Shown one piece after another: positions 31,660 through 41,520 of a DNA stretch of 64,000 nt. Numbering within the stretch: position 1 is the stretch's first letter; each line of letters starts with the position of its first letter. The DNA comes from Candidatus Bathyarchaeota archaeon (GTDB lineage: Archaea; Thermoproteota; Bathyarchaeia; Bathyarchaeales; Bathycorpusculaceae), in the NCBI GenBank assembly GCA_963815095.1, contig CAWFFH010000004.1:160001-224000 (forward strand), written 5' to 3'. Made by a program: the position numbers and the translations under genes. The notes under the pieces were generated by a model that worked only from the letters and a program-made list of their open reading frames with translations, made no database searches and was not told the origin of the DNA.

Positions 31660-32064
31660 TTAGGGGATTTCTAATGTTGCGTGGTTTCTGCTTTTGGTTG
31701 TTATTATGCCGACTGAGGGTTGCTCTACTTCTGGGTTTGTGTTTGTTAGTTTCTTGCAAATTAAATTCAGTGAGTCTTCGGTGAAGTTCAGCATGTTTTG
31801 TCCGTCGGTTGTTAGGCTGTAGACTTTTCTTGGGCGCTCAAAATTCATGTTCCAGTTACTGTTTACGTATCCTTTCTTTTCAAGGGTGCATAGAAGCGGG
31901 TATATGGTACTTGGTCCGAAGTATACGCCGAAGTTTTTGCGAATTTTAGTGATGACTTGGTAGCCGTGCATAGGCTCATTGCTTAGGAATTGCAGAATTA
32001 TCATGTCTAGTAGGCCTTTCATTAGTTTTGTTGAGACTTGTTTTTGTGAGCTTGCCTTAAACAT
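31660..32064 (-). CDS. PadR family regulator
   Basis: HGYQV..GPSTIYPLL..LE.KG..RPRKVYSLT. Confidence 0.92.
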   Translation of the reverse strand: MFKASSQKQVSTKLMKGLLDMIILQFLSNEPMHGYQVITKIRKNFGVYFGPSTIYPLLCTLEKKGYVNSNWNMNFERPRKVYSLTTDGQNMLNFTEDSLNLICKKLTNTNPEVEQPSVGIITTKSRNHATLEIP

Positions 32065-32120
32065 TTTTTTCTCCCTGACTTGTATTTTTGTTGAACAGTT
32101 TTTCTGTTGTACCTGTATAC

Positions 32121-32144
32121 AATATGTCCTTATACGGACATATT
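32121..32144. promoter_or_regulatory. Candidate PadR operator AATATGTCC-N6-GGACATATT
   Basis: Perfect 9-bp inverted repeat between divergent padR genes; contains ATGT/ACAT half-sites. Confidence 0.65.
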
Positions 32145-32302
32145 ACAATTACATAGATACCCCAAACCCCGATATAAACCCTCAGACATAACCCAAGCAT
32201 ACCACAACATAACTCCGCAATACATCAATCTAAAAAATTAACATAAACCTAATTAATCCAAACATCAACCCATACACAAACGACACCCTGCAAGGAAACC
32301 CT

Positions 32303-32620
32303 ATGTCTGAAACCTACAAAGAAGAAATTGTACAACACATAATCAGAAACCTACTAGACATCCAACTCCTCCGCATTGTCCAAGCAGAGCCAACATGGGG
32401 ATACAAAATAAAAAAACAAGTAGAAACTGATTTCAATATAAAACTAAGACACGGTGCACTCTACCCTACGCTGAACAGTCTTGAACAGAAGGGTTTTGTA
32501 GAAAGCACAAAACAAAAAAAAGATGGTCGAGCTAGAAAAGTATACAAAATAACGGACAAAGGTAAAATCTACTTGCAAACATACTATAGCATTCTGCGGG
32601 GACAACTAGAAAGCACTTAG
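32303..32620 (+). CDS. PadR family regulator (divergent partner)
   Basis: WGYKI..HGALYP.L..LE.KG..RARKVYKIT. Confidence 0.92.
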   Translation: MSETYKEEIVQHIIRNLLDIQLLRIVQAEPTWGYKIKKQVETDFNIKLRHGALYPTLNSLEQKGFVESTKQKKDGRARKVYKITDKGKIYLQTYYSILRGQLEST

Positions 32621-32727
32621 CGCAACCCAATTCGATTCATATTTTTTCTGAGAATTTTTCTGTGATTATGAACCTGCATGAAAAAGCTTTTATCTTAAGT
32701 ACTGTGACAGAACCTTGAGGAAAAAAG

Positions 32728-33369
32728 ATGACTTTAGAGTCAAGCAAAACTTTAGGCGGCATAGGCGCATTACTGATGTTCATAGGCGTTTTTCCATACA
32801 TCAATTACTTCGGTGTCTTAGAGATAATAGGCGTTATACTCGTTCTGTTTGCTTTGCACGGTTTATCTGATTACTACAAAGAAAAAGGCATATTCAATCA
32901 CGCACTTTACGGTGCCTTAACAGTATTAGTTGGCGGTATTTTAGCTGGAGCCCTAGTAGTTATAACTGTTCTTACATCCCTTACCGATCTGCTAAAACAA
33001 GTCTATCCAGGTTGGAACGGTAACTGGTCAACACTTCAAGGTATGACCCCCGACACAAGCAACCTTAACTTATCAACATTAGGTCCACTAATAGCCGGAA
33101 TAGTAGCTTTCTTGGTCCTGATTTGGTTTGTTGCCATAATCGCATCCCTCTTCATTTGGCGTTCACTAAAACAGGTCTCAAATAAATCAGGAACTGGCTT
33201 ATTTGGAACTACCGGACTGATACTGCTGATAGGAGCTATAATTCCTATTGTAGGGTTAATTCTGATGTGGGTAGCTGCACTATTACTAGCCATCGCTTTT
33301 TTCACACTAAAGCCTTCTGAACAATCCATAGCAACGACATATTCGTCTCCTCCACCGCCAACAATCTAA
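32728..33369 (+). CDS. DUF996-like membrane protein
   Basis: KTLGGIGALL, LS.YY....IF, F...G...LIGA, LLAIAFF. Confidence 0.75.
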   Translation: MTLESSKTLGGIGALLMFIGVFPYINYFGVLEIIGVILVLFALHGLSDYYKEKGIFNHALYGALTVLVGGILAGALVVITVLTSLTDLLKQVYPGWNGNWSTLQGMTPDTSNLNLSTLGPLIAGIVAFLVLIWFVAIIASLFIWRSLKQVSNKSGTGLFGTTGLILLIGAIIPIVGLILMWVAALLLAIAFFTLKPSEQSIATTYSSPPPPTI

Positions 33370-33446
33370 AAATCCAACAAAATTTTTCTATTTTTTCTTT
33401 TTTTTTAAACCACATTGAATAAATTTCAGAATTACCAATAACTGTT

Positions 33447-33944
33447 GTGAGCAAAATTTTTATGAAGTTAAAGTTACCTAAGGATCCTAGTAAATTTAGT
33501 TTTGGCGCCACATCGTCCACAGTAACTAGCCTAGGCATAATTTTTGGGCTGCTAACCTCAGGTAACCCTCAAGCCAGCGTTATTGGGTCTTTGCTGGTTA
33601 TAGCGGTTGCAGATAACATCGCTGATTCTTTGGGCATACATATCTACAGGGAATCAACAAGAACACAAAAAGAAAACACTCGAATGTTCACCATAAGCAA
33701 CTTCCTCACCCGATTTGGCATAACTTTGACTTTTGTAGTGTTGTTTGCATTTTTACCCATAGATTATGCTGCAGTTGCCTGCACGATAATAGGCATGAGT
33801 ATACTGGTCTTCTTAAGCTACCTCATCGGGGTCCAAACCAAAACCAGTACCCTAAGGGAAATCCTCATCCACATAGGCATCGCCATCCCCGTAATAATAA
33901 TCAGCCACTTCCTGGGACAACTAATATTCAGCATATTTGGGTGA
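33447..33944 (+). CDS. VIT1/CCC1-like membrane protein
   Basis: FG.TS, IAVADNIADSLGIH..ES; 5 TM helices. Confidence 0.6.
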   Translation: MSKIFMKLKLPKDPSKFSFGATSSTVTSLGIIFGLLTSGNPQASVIGSLLVIAVADNIADSLGIHIYRESTRTQKENTRMFTISNFLTRFGITLTFVVLFAFLPIDYAAVACTIIGMSILVFLSYLIGVQTKTSTLREILIHIGIAIPVIIISHFLGQLIFSIFG

Positions 33945-34083
33945 ATCTGATTGCAAGATTACTTTATTTGTGGGAGGCACGAAGCCAAATGATGTTGGGG
34001 CATCTTTAGGACCCGATTTGGAAGCTTGCAAGCGACAAAAGAGCCATTATTATAGTACTGCATGCATTAAGTTTGTTATCTCA

Positions 34084-34362
34084 ATGTCTGGTGCACCAAA
34101 AAGAATGGGTAAAATCCGAAAAAGTTCAGTTCAAATTCGTTTTGAGATCTTAGAGTACCTGTTCTTCAACTCAAAAAATCAGTTGCGAACAGGGGTTTGG
34201 CGGAAATCAACAAACCTCTCCTACGATGACTTCCTGAAGCATCTGCTTTTTCTTGAAGAGAGGAAACTAGTTAGAGAAACAAGTGAAGGTTATTGTTCCT
34301 TGACGGATGAGGGCAGAAAACTCTACCTTGAACTTAGTAAGTCGTTGCCGTCAATACTTTGA
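34084..34362 (+). CDS. Small winged-helix DNA-binding protein
   Basis: EILE..NLSY.....L..L....LV....LT.EG; start moved downstream. Confidence 0.65.
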   Translation: MSGAPKRMGKIRKSSVQIRFEILEYLFFNSKNQLRTGVWRKSTNLSYDDFLKHLLFLEERKLVRETSEGYCSLTDEGRKLYLELSKSLPSIL

Positions 34363-34426
34363 ATGAATTCACCTTTGGTGCATCACGTATAAAAAACATC
34401 AAATTTGTAGTAAAGGAGGAAACAAA

Positions 34427-34792
34427 ATGACCCGGGAATCTAACGAGGAAAAAATCTACCCAGTAAAATCCCTACATGACTTCCTATTCGAACTTGACAA
34501 AGAATGGACCAAATTTCGAAACGGCACCATAATAGGGTTGGCATCATCGGGTATACTGTTTCTGCTTGTTGTTTGGCTTCTGATTAGAATCAGGCATTTT
34601 GGATTGGGCTTGATTGATTTTGTTCTTTTATTTATTGCTGGTATCCTTTTGGGCTACAGTATATACGCAATGTACTCACAGTATCGTTTCTTCAGCAAGT
34701 GGGAAAGAAGAGTTGGCCTGCTTTTGCATATGGAAGAAGAAATCTTCGCCCAAAAACTAGATGAAACTAAATCCGACGAAAAGTCTGCTTAG
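34427..34792 (+). CDS. Hypothetical 2-TM protein
   Basis: AGGAGG RBS, two hydrophobic helices. Confidence 0.7.
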   Translation: MTRESNEEKIYPVKSLHDFLFELDKEWTKFRNGTIIGLASSGILFLLVVWLLIRIRHFGLGLIDFVLLFIAGILLGYSIYAMYSQYRFFSKWERRVGLLLHMEEEIFAQKLDETKSDEKSA

Positions 34793-34885
34793 TATTCATT
34801 TGTGGTGCATATCCCACGTGCGTCTTTTTTTTAAAGACGACAACTAAGTCGTCTATATCCAACGAGGGTTGGAGGTGAAAAAAAT

Positions 34886-35389
34886 ATGGTTACTCTAACT
34901 AAGAGAAACAAAATCGCTATTGCGGCAATATTTAGCGTTGCCATCGTTTTGGTGATTGTTGTGCCTCTTGCAAGCGCCCAGATTGTTGCGGACAACGCTG
35001 CCTCAAACATAAGAACCTTTAACGCCAAAGGCAACATTTACCAAACAGTCGACAGCAGCACAATAAAATATTACCAAGCAAACTTAACTCTCACGGTTCA
35101 GCCGACAACAATCAACGGAACAGTTAGGCTTTTTGACGTTACAAGCGGAACATTAGTAGCAAACGGCGTTACATACACCTTCACAAGCGGAAACGGAGGA
35201 GTATTAACACGCAGACACGATATCCTGCTGCAAGCACAAGGCATATACCAAAACGGGCAATCAGTGACACTTAAACTTGCAGGACAATACAGCTACTCTT
35301 GGACTGCTGGACACGTGATTTTAAAAATCGCTGCCAAACTGCAAACGGACAGCGGCAACTACACACTGCTGATGGCTACTGGAATATAG
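34886..35389 (+). CDS. Hypothetical secreted beta-rich protein
   Basis: GGAGGTGA RBS, signal peptide ending ASA. Confidence 0.75.
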   Translation: MVTLTKRNKIAIAAIFSVAIVLVIVVPLASAQIVADNAASNIRTFNAKGNIYQTVDSSTIKYYQANLTLTVQPTTINGTVRLFDVTSGTLVANGVTYTFTSGNGGVLTRRHDILLQAQGIYQNGQSVTLKLAGQYSYSWTAGHVILKIAAKLQTDSGNYTLLMATGI

Positions 35390-35777
35390 GCACAATCATT
35401 TAACAAAAGCGAATTTTTCTCGAGTTTCTTTTCAAAATTTTCGTCATTTTTAAGTTGTTAATTGAGGTTTTTGCCAAAGCGTTCTGCTTCATATAGAAGT
35501 CGCCTTGATAATGTAAATGAGTGGCGATGCTGAATTTTCAGCGGAATATGTCACTTTCCCTGCCTTAGTGCAAAATAATTTTTAGTTGAGTCGGCGGCAA
35601 CCTTTGTAGTTGTTCGCTTCCAACATTTCTCTCTAATTTTCGGCTAGTTCCCACTTACTTGTAGTGTCACCTTTTAATGAGAATTTTTATTAGTTCTGTA
35701 AAATAACTCAGCTATCGTCTCACTTAAAAAAAAGATGTAGATTGAACTTTATTTGGTCAATTCAACAGATTTATCTC

Positions 35778-36911
35778 TCAACGTTTCTCTATTGGAACAA
35801 ACTGTTTTCCAAATTCTCCAACATAATCTGCAGATGGACGCAGAAGAACAGCATCTTCATATTGCTCTAGCACATGAGCCACCCATCCAGAAATTCTGCT
35901 TGAAGCAAAGAATAACGGGAAAAACTCTTTTGAAACACCTAATGCATCCATAGCTACAGCAGCATAGAAGTCAACGTTTGGATAAATTTTCTTCTTCTCA
36001 AAAACCATATTTTCAATCTTCATACACCTGTTATAAAGAGCCAGAGAACGCTCGCGATGACAATAGTCTTCGACTATGCCTCTGAGATGCTTAGTGCGAG
36101 GGTCTTGTGTTTTGTACATTCGGTGACCAAAACCCATAATCTTCTTCTTTTCATCTAACAAACCTTGAATGTATTCATTCACATCTTTTTCAGGGTGTAT
36201 TTCTTCCAACATATCCATTACTTTTTCGCTAGCGCCACCATGTAGCGGTCCTTTGAGTGTCCCAATTGCTGAAGTTACAGCTGAATACACGTCTGAATTG
36301 GTGCTTGCTGTTACGCGTGCAGCGAAGGTGGATGCATTAAACCCGTGGTCAGCATGAAGCGTCATATAACGATTGATAACGTTAGTCTCTTTCTCATCGG
36401 GAATATCCCCCTTAAACATATACAAGAAGTTTTGAGCAAATCCGAATTCCTTTTTTGGTGTTAGAAGTGGTTTGTTCAGTCTGATTCTATTGATGGTAGC
36501 TACAATCGAAGGTACTTGTGCAATTAATCGTGTTGCTCTTCTAAAGTTTGCTGCGTCAGAGAAATCTCCGTTGTCAGGGTCGTATTCTCCGAGGTGTGAG
36601 ACTTCGGTTCGCAGGATATGCATTGGATGGCATCTTTTTGGAGCATTCTTTATGCTCTCAATAATTGGGTCAGGTAGGTTCATTTCGATGACAAGTTGAT
36701 TTGAAAAGTCATCCAACTCTTGTTTGTTGGGAAGTCTCTTATGAATCAATAGATACGCAATTTCTGAATAAATTACTCTCCCTATAAGATCATCGATGTT
36801 ATACCCTAAGTAGTAAAGCGAACCATTGGGGTCTACATAGCTGATCTTTGTTTCAGCTGCAGCTACATCTCTTAATCCACGAACCACTGATTTTTCGGTA
36901 TTTTCGCTCAT
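35778..36911 (-). CDS. Citrate (or 2-methylcitrate) synthase
   Basis: HADHGFNASTF, GPLHGGA, MGFGHR.Y..DPR, YPNVDFY. Confidence 0.93.
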   Translation of the reverse strand: MSENTEKSVVRGLRDVAAAETKISYVDPNGSLYYLGYNIDDLIGRVIYSEIAYLLIHKRLPNKQELDDFSNQLVIEMNLPDPIIESIKNAPKRCHPMHILRTEVSHLGEYDPDNGDFSDAANFRRATRLIAQVPSIVATINRIRLNKPLLTPKKEFGFAQNFLYMFKGDIPDEKETNVINRYMTLHADHGFNASTFAARVTASTNSDVYSAVTSAIGTLKGPLHGGASEKVMDMLEEIHPEKDVNEYIQGLLDEKKKIMGFGHRMYKTQDPRTKHLRGIVEDYCHRERSLALYNRCMKIENMVFEKKKIYPNVDFYAAVAMDALGVSKEFFPLFFASSRISGWVAHVLEQYEDAVLLRPSADYVGEFGKQFVPIEKR

Positions 36912-37107
36912 CGGCAGTCACTTACCCTATCATCAATTCAACTATATTTAAAGCCCACGCAAAAACAAATTCAATCATTATTGTTTGTCTGGTTTCAATC
37001 AAGGTTCCTTTACTAAGGATTATTTATACAAAAACAATGCCCTTATGTGTGAAGTGATTGTGTCCCAAAGAGTGACCTTTTGTTAAATCTTCTTTTTCTT
37101 AGCAGCA

Positions 37108-37644
37108 TTAGCTTTGTTGATAGTGTAGAGACAAATCTAAATAAGTTACTGCATCTGCCACTGAACAATCTATATTTTTCAAACCCATATCAAATGGCAC
37201 CGTGGAATTGGTTATTGATGGAATAATACCCAAATGTATTGTTGATGTTTGCAGTAAAGTCTCGTTACTGCCGTAGAATCTAACTGTAAGTTCCACATTA
37301 TTAGCAGGGAGATTTCCAATATTGTATATTGTTCCATAGATAGTGAAGGTATTTCTTGATGATGAAACGGGGTCATTGCTTTTGTGTAGATACCAACCCA
37401 TGCTAGTTATGACGTATGGTTGAGAAAGATTTGTCAATTGAGAATTTTCTGCGTTCAATTGTTTATTTTGCTCTGTGAGGCTATCTACTTTTTGCTGTAG
37501 GTCTTTTTCCTTGGTTACGTGTGTATCAATTACGGAGTTATATGAATTTGTAAGGTTTGAGAATGTAATTAGCGGAGCCAAGACCGCTGTAAATACCAAG
37601 ATTAAAACTACACTTGTGACGAAACGTCTGTTAAAGCTTGTCAT
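37108..37644 (-). CDS. Membrane-anchored protein: TM, coiled coil, Ig-like domain
   Basis: N-terminal TM, heptads, GTIYN.G..A.NV. Confidence 0.7.
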   Translation of the reverse strand: MTSFNRRFVTSVVLILVFTAVLAPLITFSNLTNSYNSVIDTHVTKEKDLQQKVDSLTEQNKQLNAENSQLTNLSQPYVITSMGWYLHKSNDPVSSSRNTFTIYGTIYNIGNLPANNVELTVRFYGSNETLLQTSTIHLGIIPSITNSTVPFDMGLKNIDCSVADAVTYLDLSLHYQQS

Positions 37645-37885
37645 GAGTGTTGTTTTGATTAATTTCTTTTTTAAGTCTTTTTGTATAGATTTCTTGACTA
37701 AGGTTAGTTCACATTTCTTTACTTGATTCGCTTATCGTTTAAAAAAGAGTTCTTAGTGCGAGGAGAGAGATCTGGGGAACTTACTATCAAATCGTGCTAA
37801 GTAGGGGTTCTTGGGTTTGTTTCTTCATTTTCTTTTCCTCCTTTAACCCCAAGGCTTTATAGTCGGGGACGGTGCATTTTCCATC

Positions 37886-37949
37886 GGGGGATGATGTCGC
37901 CGTCCCAGTCTGATTGGGAAAGATGACGAACAAAATATTGACAGACCCC
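37886..37949 (+). ncRNA. Candidate box C/D guide sRNA
   Basis: GGGGG-ATGATGT(C)-12 nt-CTGA(D')-9 nt-ATGACGA(C')-12 nt-CAGA(D-like)-CCCC; TTTATA at 37856-61. Confidence 0.55.
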
Positions 37950-38059
37950 ATTAGTCATGTTGCCGCTTTCTTCTGCAGCTGGTGTTCCGCTAAAAGAACA
38001 AGGTGTTCTTTAGGGAGAGTAATATTTTAGTGTTGCCACTTCTTTCTCAGGTGACTGAA

Positions 38060-39886
38060 ATGAACTTTAAAGTCAAATTGGTTCCGGCTTGGAATAATAG
38101 GGAAATTGTCAGTGTTTTCGTGTTAATTGTGATTTTATTGTCGGCAGTTTGGATGTTTAGTTTACCGATCAGTCACGCATTCCAAACGCTGACGGTTCCG
38201 CAGGATTACCCCACAATTGCTCAAGCAATCAGCCACGCCTCTTCGGGCGACACTATAGAGGTGAAACAAGGGGTTTACCATGAAAACATACAAATCACCA
38301 AATCCATCGCCCTCATCGGTGAGGGCAAAGAAAACACCCTGATAATCGGCGAAGGAGGTCCAAATCAACCCGCCGTTCTCACCTTGGCAGCCTCGGATAT
38401 CAAAGTTTCAGGATTCACTATCCAAAGCGCCAACAGTTCAAAACCCGCGCAAAACGCGTTTGGTATAAACATCCAAGGTGACAATTGCACAATCAGCGGC
38501 AACCTCATTAAGAATAACTATATCGGAATTTTCTGCTCCCTGCAATCACACACAACCATAATCAACAACATCATCTCACTAAGCGTAAAAGATGGCATTC
38601 GCTTCTTTGCTGGTTCATCAAATACCGTTTCAAACAACAGTATCGTCTCAAACTCAGTTTCAGGTATTGCTCTGGGAGGTTACTCAAACACGGTTAAAGG
38701 AAATACCGTTCAAAACAACTTCCGCGGCTTAGGTTTAGGCGCATCCAATTCAGTGGTTTTTGATAATACAATAATTTCTAATACTGAATCAGGCATTTTC
38801 TTATCAGGCTCCAAAAACGTCATCGCAGCCAATGAGATTGACAAAAACAAGTACGGGGTCTACATTACAACTCAGGGTGCTGCCCCACGTGAAAATGAAA
38901 TTTACCATAACAATTTTGTAGACAACCTGTATAGTGCCTTCGGCAACTCTTCTTATCTTGTTGAGTCCTGGGATAATGGCTCTAATTCTGGCGGAAACTA
39001 CTGGAGCGATTACCAATCTTCACATTACGTGATTAACTCCAATAACACCGACAACTATCCACTCACCGTGCCCTATAATATCTCAAACCCCGGCAACATA
39101 CCTTCTGCGATTCCATCATCACCAGTAACATCAAACGGCATTGTTGCTTCCTGGACATTTGACGACATTGCATCGGACGGCGTCATACCTGATTCAACCG
39201 GTAACAACCCCGCCATCTTAGCTTCAACGGTAGGAAACATCTCATTCATTCCAGCACATGTACAAGGTAAGTTTGGCCAAGCCCTAAGCTTTGATGGTGC
39301 AGCCTACGCATTTGTCCCCCCCTCTCCTAGCCTGCAAACCCCTCAAGAGGTAACAATAGATGCATGGGTTAATGTGCAACAAATCAAAGACGTAGCTTAC
39401 AACAACATCATAGTTGAATGCGTAAGAACTACATTGCCACTGCCAACTAGAACTCTTGGAGTTGCAGTTAACGGAGAAACGCCACAAAACGCAAGCTCGC
39501 CTCCAGTAGCGGCTATTCGCGGTTACGTTATGACTCAAGATGGGATCCTAAACGAAATAGACACCAAAGAGCCAGTTCCACTAAACCAATGGCTTCATGT
39601 GGTTTTTACCCGCAGCTTAATCACGGGTATGCATATTTACGTAAATGGTCAGGAACAAGCTGTTATAGTGTCCTCCGGAGTAGCTAATCCAGTTGGTTAT
39701 ATTGCGGCTCAAAACGAACTCTACATTGGCCATGACTCAATGACTCAGATAGATCAACTGCAAATAACTAACAAAGTTGAGACACTGACTCAGTCTTTGT
39801 GGATGCAATGGTGGCTTTGGGCTGGAATCATATTTGCTGCGGTGGCAGGAAGTGGAACAATACTATACTTCAAGAAACGCAGTTAA
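38060..39886 (+). CDS. Surface protein: NosD/CASH beta-helix + LamG-like domain + C-terminal TM
   Basis: VPQDYPTI..AI, PbH1-like N..GI repeats, GGNYWSDY, W.FD..G..G.AL.FDG, W.HV. Confidence 0.85.
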   Translation: MNFKVKLVPAWNNREIVSVFVLIVILLSAVWMFSLPISHAFQTLTVPQDYPTIAQAISHASSGDTIEVKQGVYHENIQITKSIALIGEGKENTLIIGEGGPNQPAVLTLAASDIKVSGFTIQSANSSKPAQNAFGINIQGDNCTISGNLIKNNYIGIFCSLQSHTTIINNIISLSVKDGIRFFAGSSNTVSNNSIVSNSVSGIALGGYSNTVKGNTVQNNFRGLGLGASNSVVFDNTIISNTESGIFLSGSKNVIAANEIDKNKYGVYITTQGAAPRENEIYHNNFVDNLYSAFGNSSYLVESWDNGSNSGGNYWSDYQSSHYVINSNNTDNYPLTVPYNISNPGNIPSAIPSSPVTSNGIVASWTFDDIASDGVIPDSTGNNPAILASTVGNISFIPAHVQGKFGQALSFDGAAYAFVPPSPSLQTPQEVTIDAWVNVQQIKDVAYNNIIVECVRTTLPLPTRTLGVAVNGETPQNASSPPVAAIRGYVMTQDGILNEIDTKEPVPLNQWLHVVFTRSLITGMHIYVNGQEQAVIVSSGVANPVGYIAAQNELYIGHDSMTQIDQLQITNKVETLTQSLWMQWWLWAGIIFAAVAGSGTILYFKKRS

Positions 39887-40023
39887 TAATACCCAGAAAA
39901 TCAACGCTAACCTAATTTAAACCCGATCTTATTGCGAGCTTCTCTTCTTTTTTTATTAATGCATAAAATTTTTTTAGTTATAACCGTAAAAAATGGATTA
40001 ATGATAACACGTAGATTAGAAGG

Positions 40024-40155
40024 CTATTTTTTGCCTTTGCTTGCGTGTTTGGCTGGAAGTGAAACTTGTTTTCTTTCTTTGCGTTTCTGCTCTTTTTCAC
40101 GTACCATTAGCTTATGCTTTTCTAATCCTTCAGCTTTCTTTGCTTTTTTAGACAA
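40024..40155 (-). CDS. 43-aa Lys/Arg-rich microprotein (MSKKAKKAEGLEKHKLMVREKEQKRKERKQVSLPAKHASKGKK)
   Basis: TTG start behind AGGTTGA, read by hand. Confidence 0.5.
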   Translation of the reverse strand: MSKKAKKAEGLEKHKLMVREKEQKRKERKQVSLPAKHASKGKK

Positions 40156-40274
40156 AATCTTCAACCTTAGCACGCAATAGAAAACGGCGGCACTCAAAAA
40201 CTTTGCCCCATATCTTGACGCTTGTCGTAATATTTAATAGCAAAACGGTTCAAACTAGAATGGGGAAATAGAAA

Positions 40275-40436
40275 ACGCCTAACGTTGAAATTATTTGTCC
40301 AAAATGTGGATCACCAGCTGTTGAGCGAAACAAAAACCAGGAGTGTCGTTGCTCCAAGTGTGGGGAGGTTTTTTATTTTGTTACTCCAAAGTGTGGTTCT
40401 CAGGCTGAAGATGATTTGGGTAGGTACGACCTTTAA
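40275..40436 (+). CDS. CPxCG zinc-ribbon microprotein lacking a canonical start (ACG at 40275)
   Basis: CPKCG..CSKCG in an open frame of 53 codons. Confidence 0.55.
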   Translation, partial: TPNVEIICPKCGSPAVERNKNQECRCSKCGEVFYFVTPKCGSQAEDDLGRYDL

Positions 40437-40494
40437 ACTACTCGTTTTTCTGAAGTAGTTTGTATTTATCTTAATTTTTAACCGTCAAGTTTAA

Positions 40495-40526
40495 ATGAAT
40501 AAGTATTCATATGAATTATTATTCAT
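40495..40526. promoter_or_regulatory. Tandem ArsR/SmtB-type operator: ATGAAT-N4-ATTCAT twice
   Basis: Directly after TTTAAA box (40490-95) and before the arsR-family gene. Confidence 0.75.
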
Positions 40527-40535
40527 TCAATTAAG

Positions 40536-40871
40536 GTGTGGATGGAAACAATGAAAAAAGGACTAACAAAAATCTGCTACCACTTCTTCACTAACCTATC
40601 AAACCCCACAAGACTCGCCACCATCGAACAACTAATGGACAAACCCATGAGCGTAAACGAACTCGCAACTGCACTCGGACAAGAACAAAGCATGATATCC
40701 CACAACCTAAAACCACTCCTCGAATGCAACCTTATCACAATCGAAAAACAAGGCAAAAAACACATCTACACTGCCAACCAAGAAACCCTCCAACCCATCT
40801 TTGAAGCCATCCAAAACCACGCACAAAAATTCTGCCCAACAGGCGGACAATGCCTAAAAGGAGAAAACTAA
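40536..40871 (+). CDS. ArsR/SmtB family regulator
   Basis: L.NPTRL.I...PMSVNELA..QS.ISH.L; C-terminal H..C..C. Confidence 0.92.
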   Translation: MWMETMKKGLTKICYHFFTNLSNPTRLATIEQLMDKPMSVNELATALGQEQSMISHNLKPLLECNLITIEKQGKKHIYTANQETLQPIFEAIQNHAQKFCPTGGQCLKGEN

Positions 40872-40872
40872 C

Positions 40873-41520
40873 ATGAAAAGAAAAATCGTAAACATAAACG
40901 AAAACCTATGCAATGGATGCGGAAGTTGCATCCCCAAATGTGCAGAAGGCGCTCTACAAATAGTAAACGGGAAAGCAAAAATTATCAAGGAAACCTACTG
41001 CGACGGACTCGGCGCCTGCTTAGGACAATGCCCTCAAGGAGCAATAACTATTACGGAACGAGATGCCCCAGCCTTTAGTGAGGCAGAAGTTCACGAACAC
41101 CTCAAAACCAAGGAACCCCAAATTCCGGCAACAACCCACCCAACTAGTACTGCAATACAGAAGCCCCAGTGGCCAATAAAACTGGATCTAGTCCCGCCCA
41201 AAGCACCGTTCTTCGAAAACGCCGACCTCCTCTTCGCCGCAGACTGTGCCCCTGTTGCTTTAAAAAACTTCCACAGCCTTATAGCTGGAAAACGCGTTAT
41301 CATTGGCTGCCCTAAATTCAACGATGCACGAGCATACGCCCAAAAACTAACAGAAATTTTCCAGCAAAACAACATCGCTTCGGTGACCGTGGTCCACATG
41401 GAAGTGCCCTGCTGCACGGGCTTAAAGTGGGCAGTAAACAAGGCACTAGAAGGCTCAGGAAAAAACATTCCCACTAAAGAGTTAGAGGTTAAAATTGGAG
41501 GTGAAATAGTTGAGCTCTAA
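40873..41520 (+). CDS. 4Fe-4S dicluster domain protein with Cys-rich C-terminal domain
   Basis: CNGCGSC..C, CDGLGAC..CP, QWP, AADC, GCPK, MEVPCC. Confidence 0.88.
   Translation: MKRKIVNINENLCNGCGSCIPKCAEGALQIVNGKAKIIKETYCDGLGACLGQCPQGAITITERDAPAFSEAEVHEHLKTKEPQIPATTHPTSTAIQKPQWPIKLDLVPPKAPFFENADLLFAADCAPVALKNFHSLIAGKRVIIGCPKFNDARAYAQKLTEIFQQNNIASVTVVHMEVPCCTGLKWAVNKALEGSGKNIPTKELEVKIGGEIVEL

Noticed and set aside
37887-37931. Fluoride riboswitch-like GGGGATGATGTCGCC..GATGAC
   Set aside because: P1 has a mismatch, the pseudoknot pairing is incomplete and no fluoride-related gene follows; the C/D model fits better
39932-40180. 82-aa plus-strand ORF
   Set aside because: Mirror of the Lys-rich minus-strand microprotein, which has an RBS
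17207-40271. Amber readthrough/pyrrolysine suggested by in-frame TAGs at 17207, 17225 and 40269
   Set aside because: dnaK, alaS and pyrG end in TAG at the expected positions, the 17-kb gene is also frameshifted, and no pyl genes are present in the window
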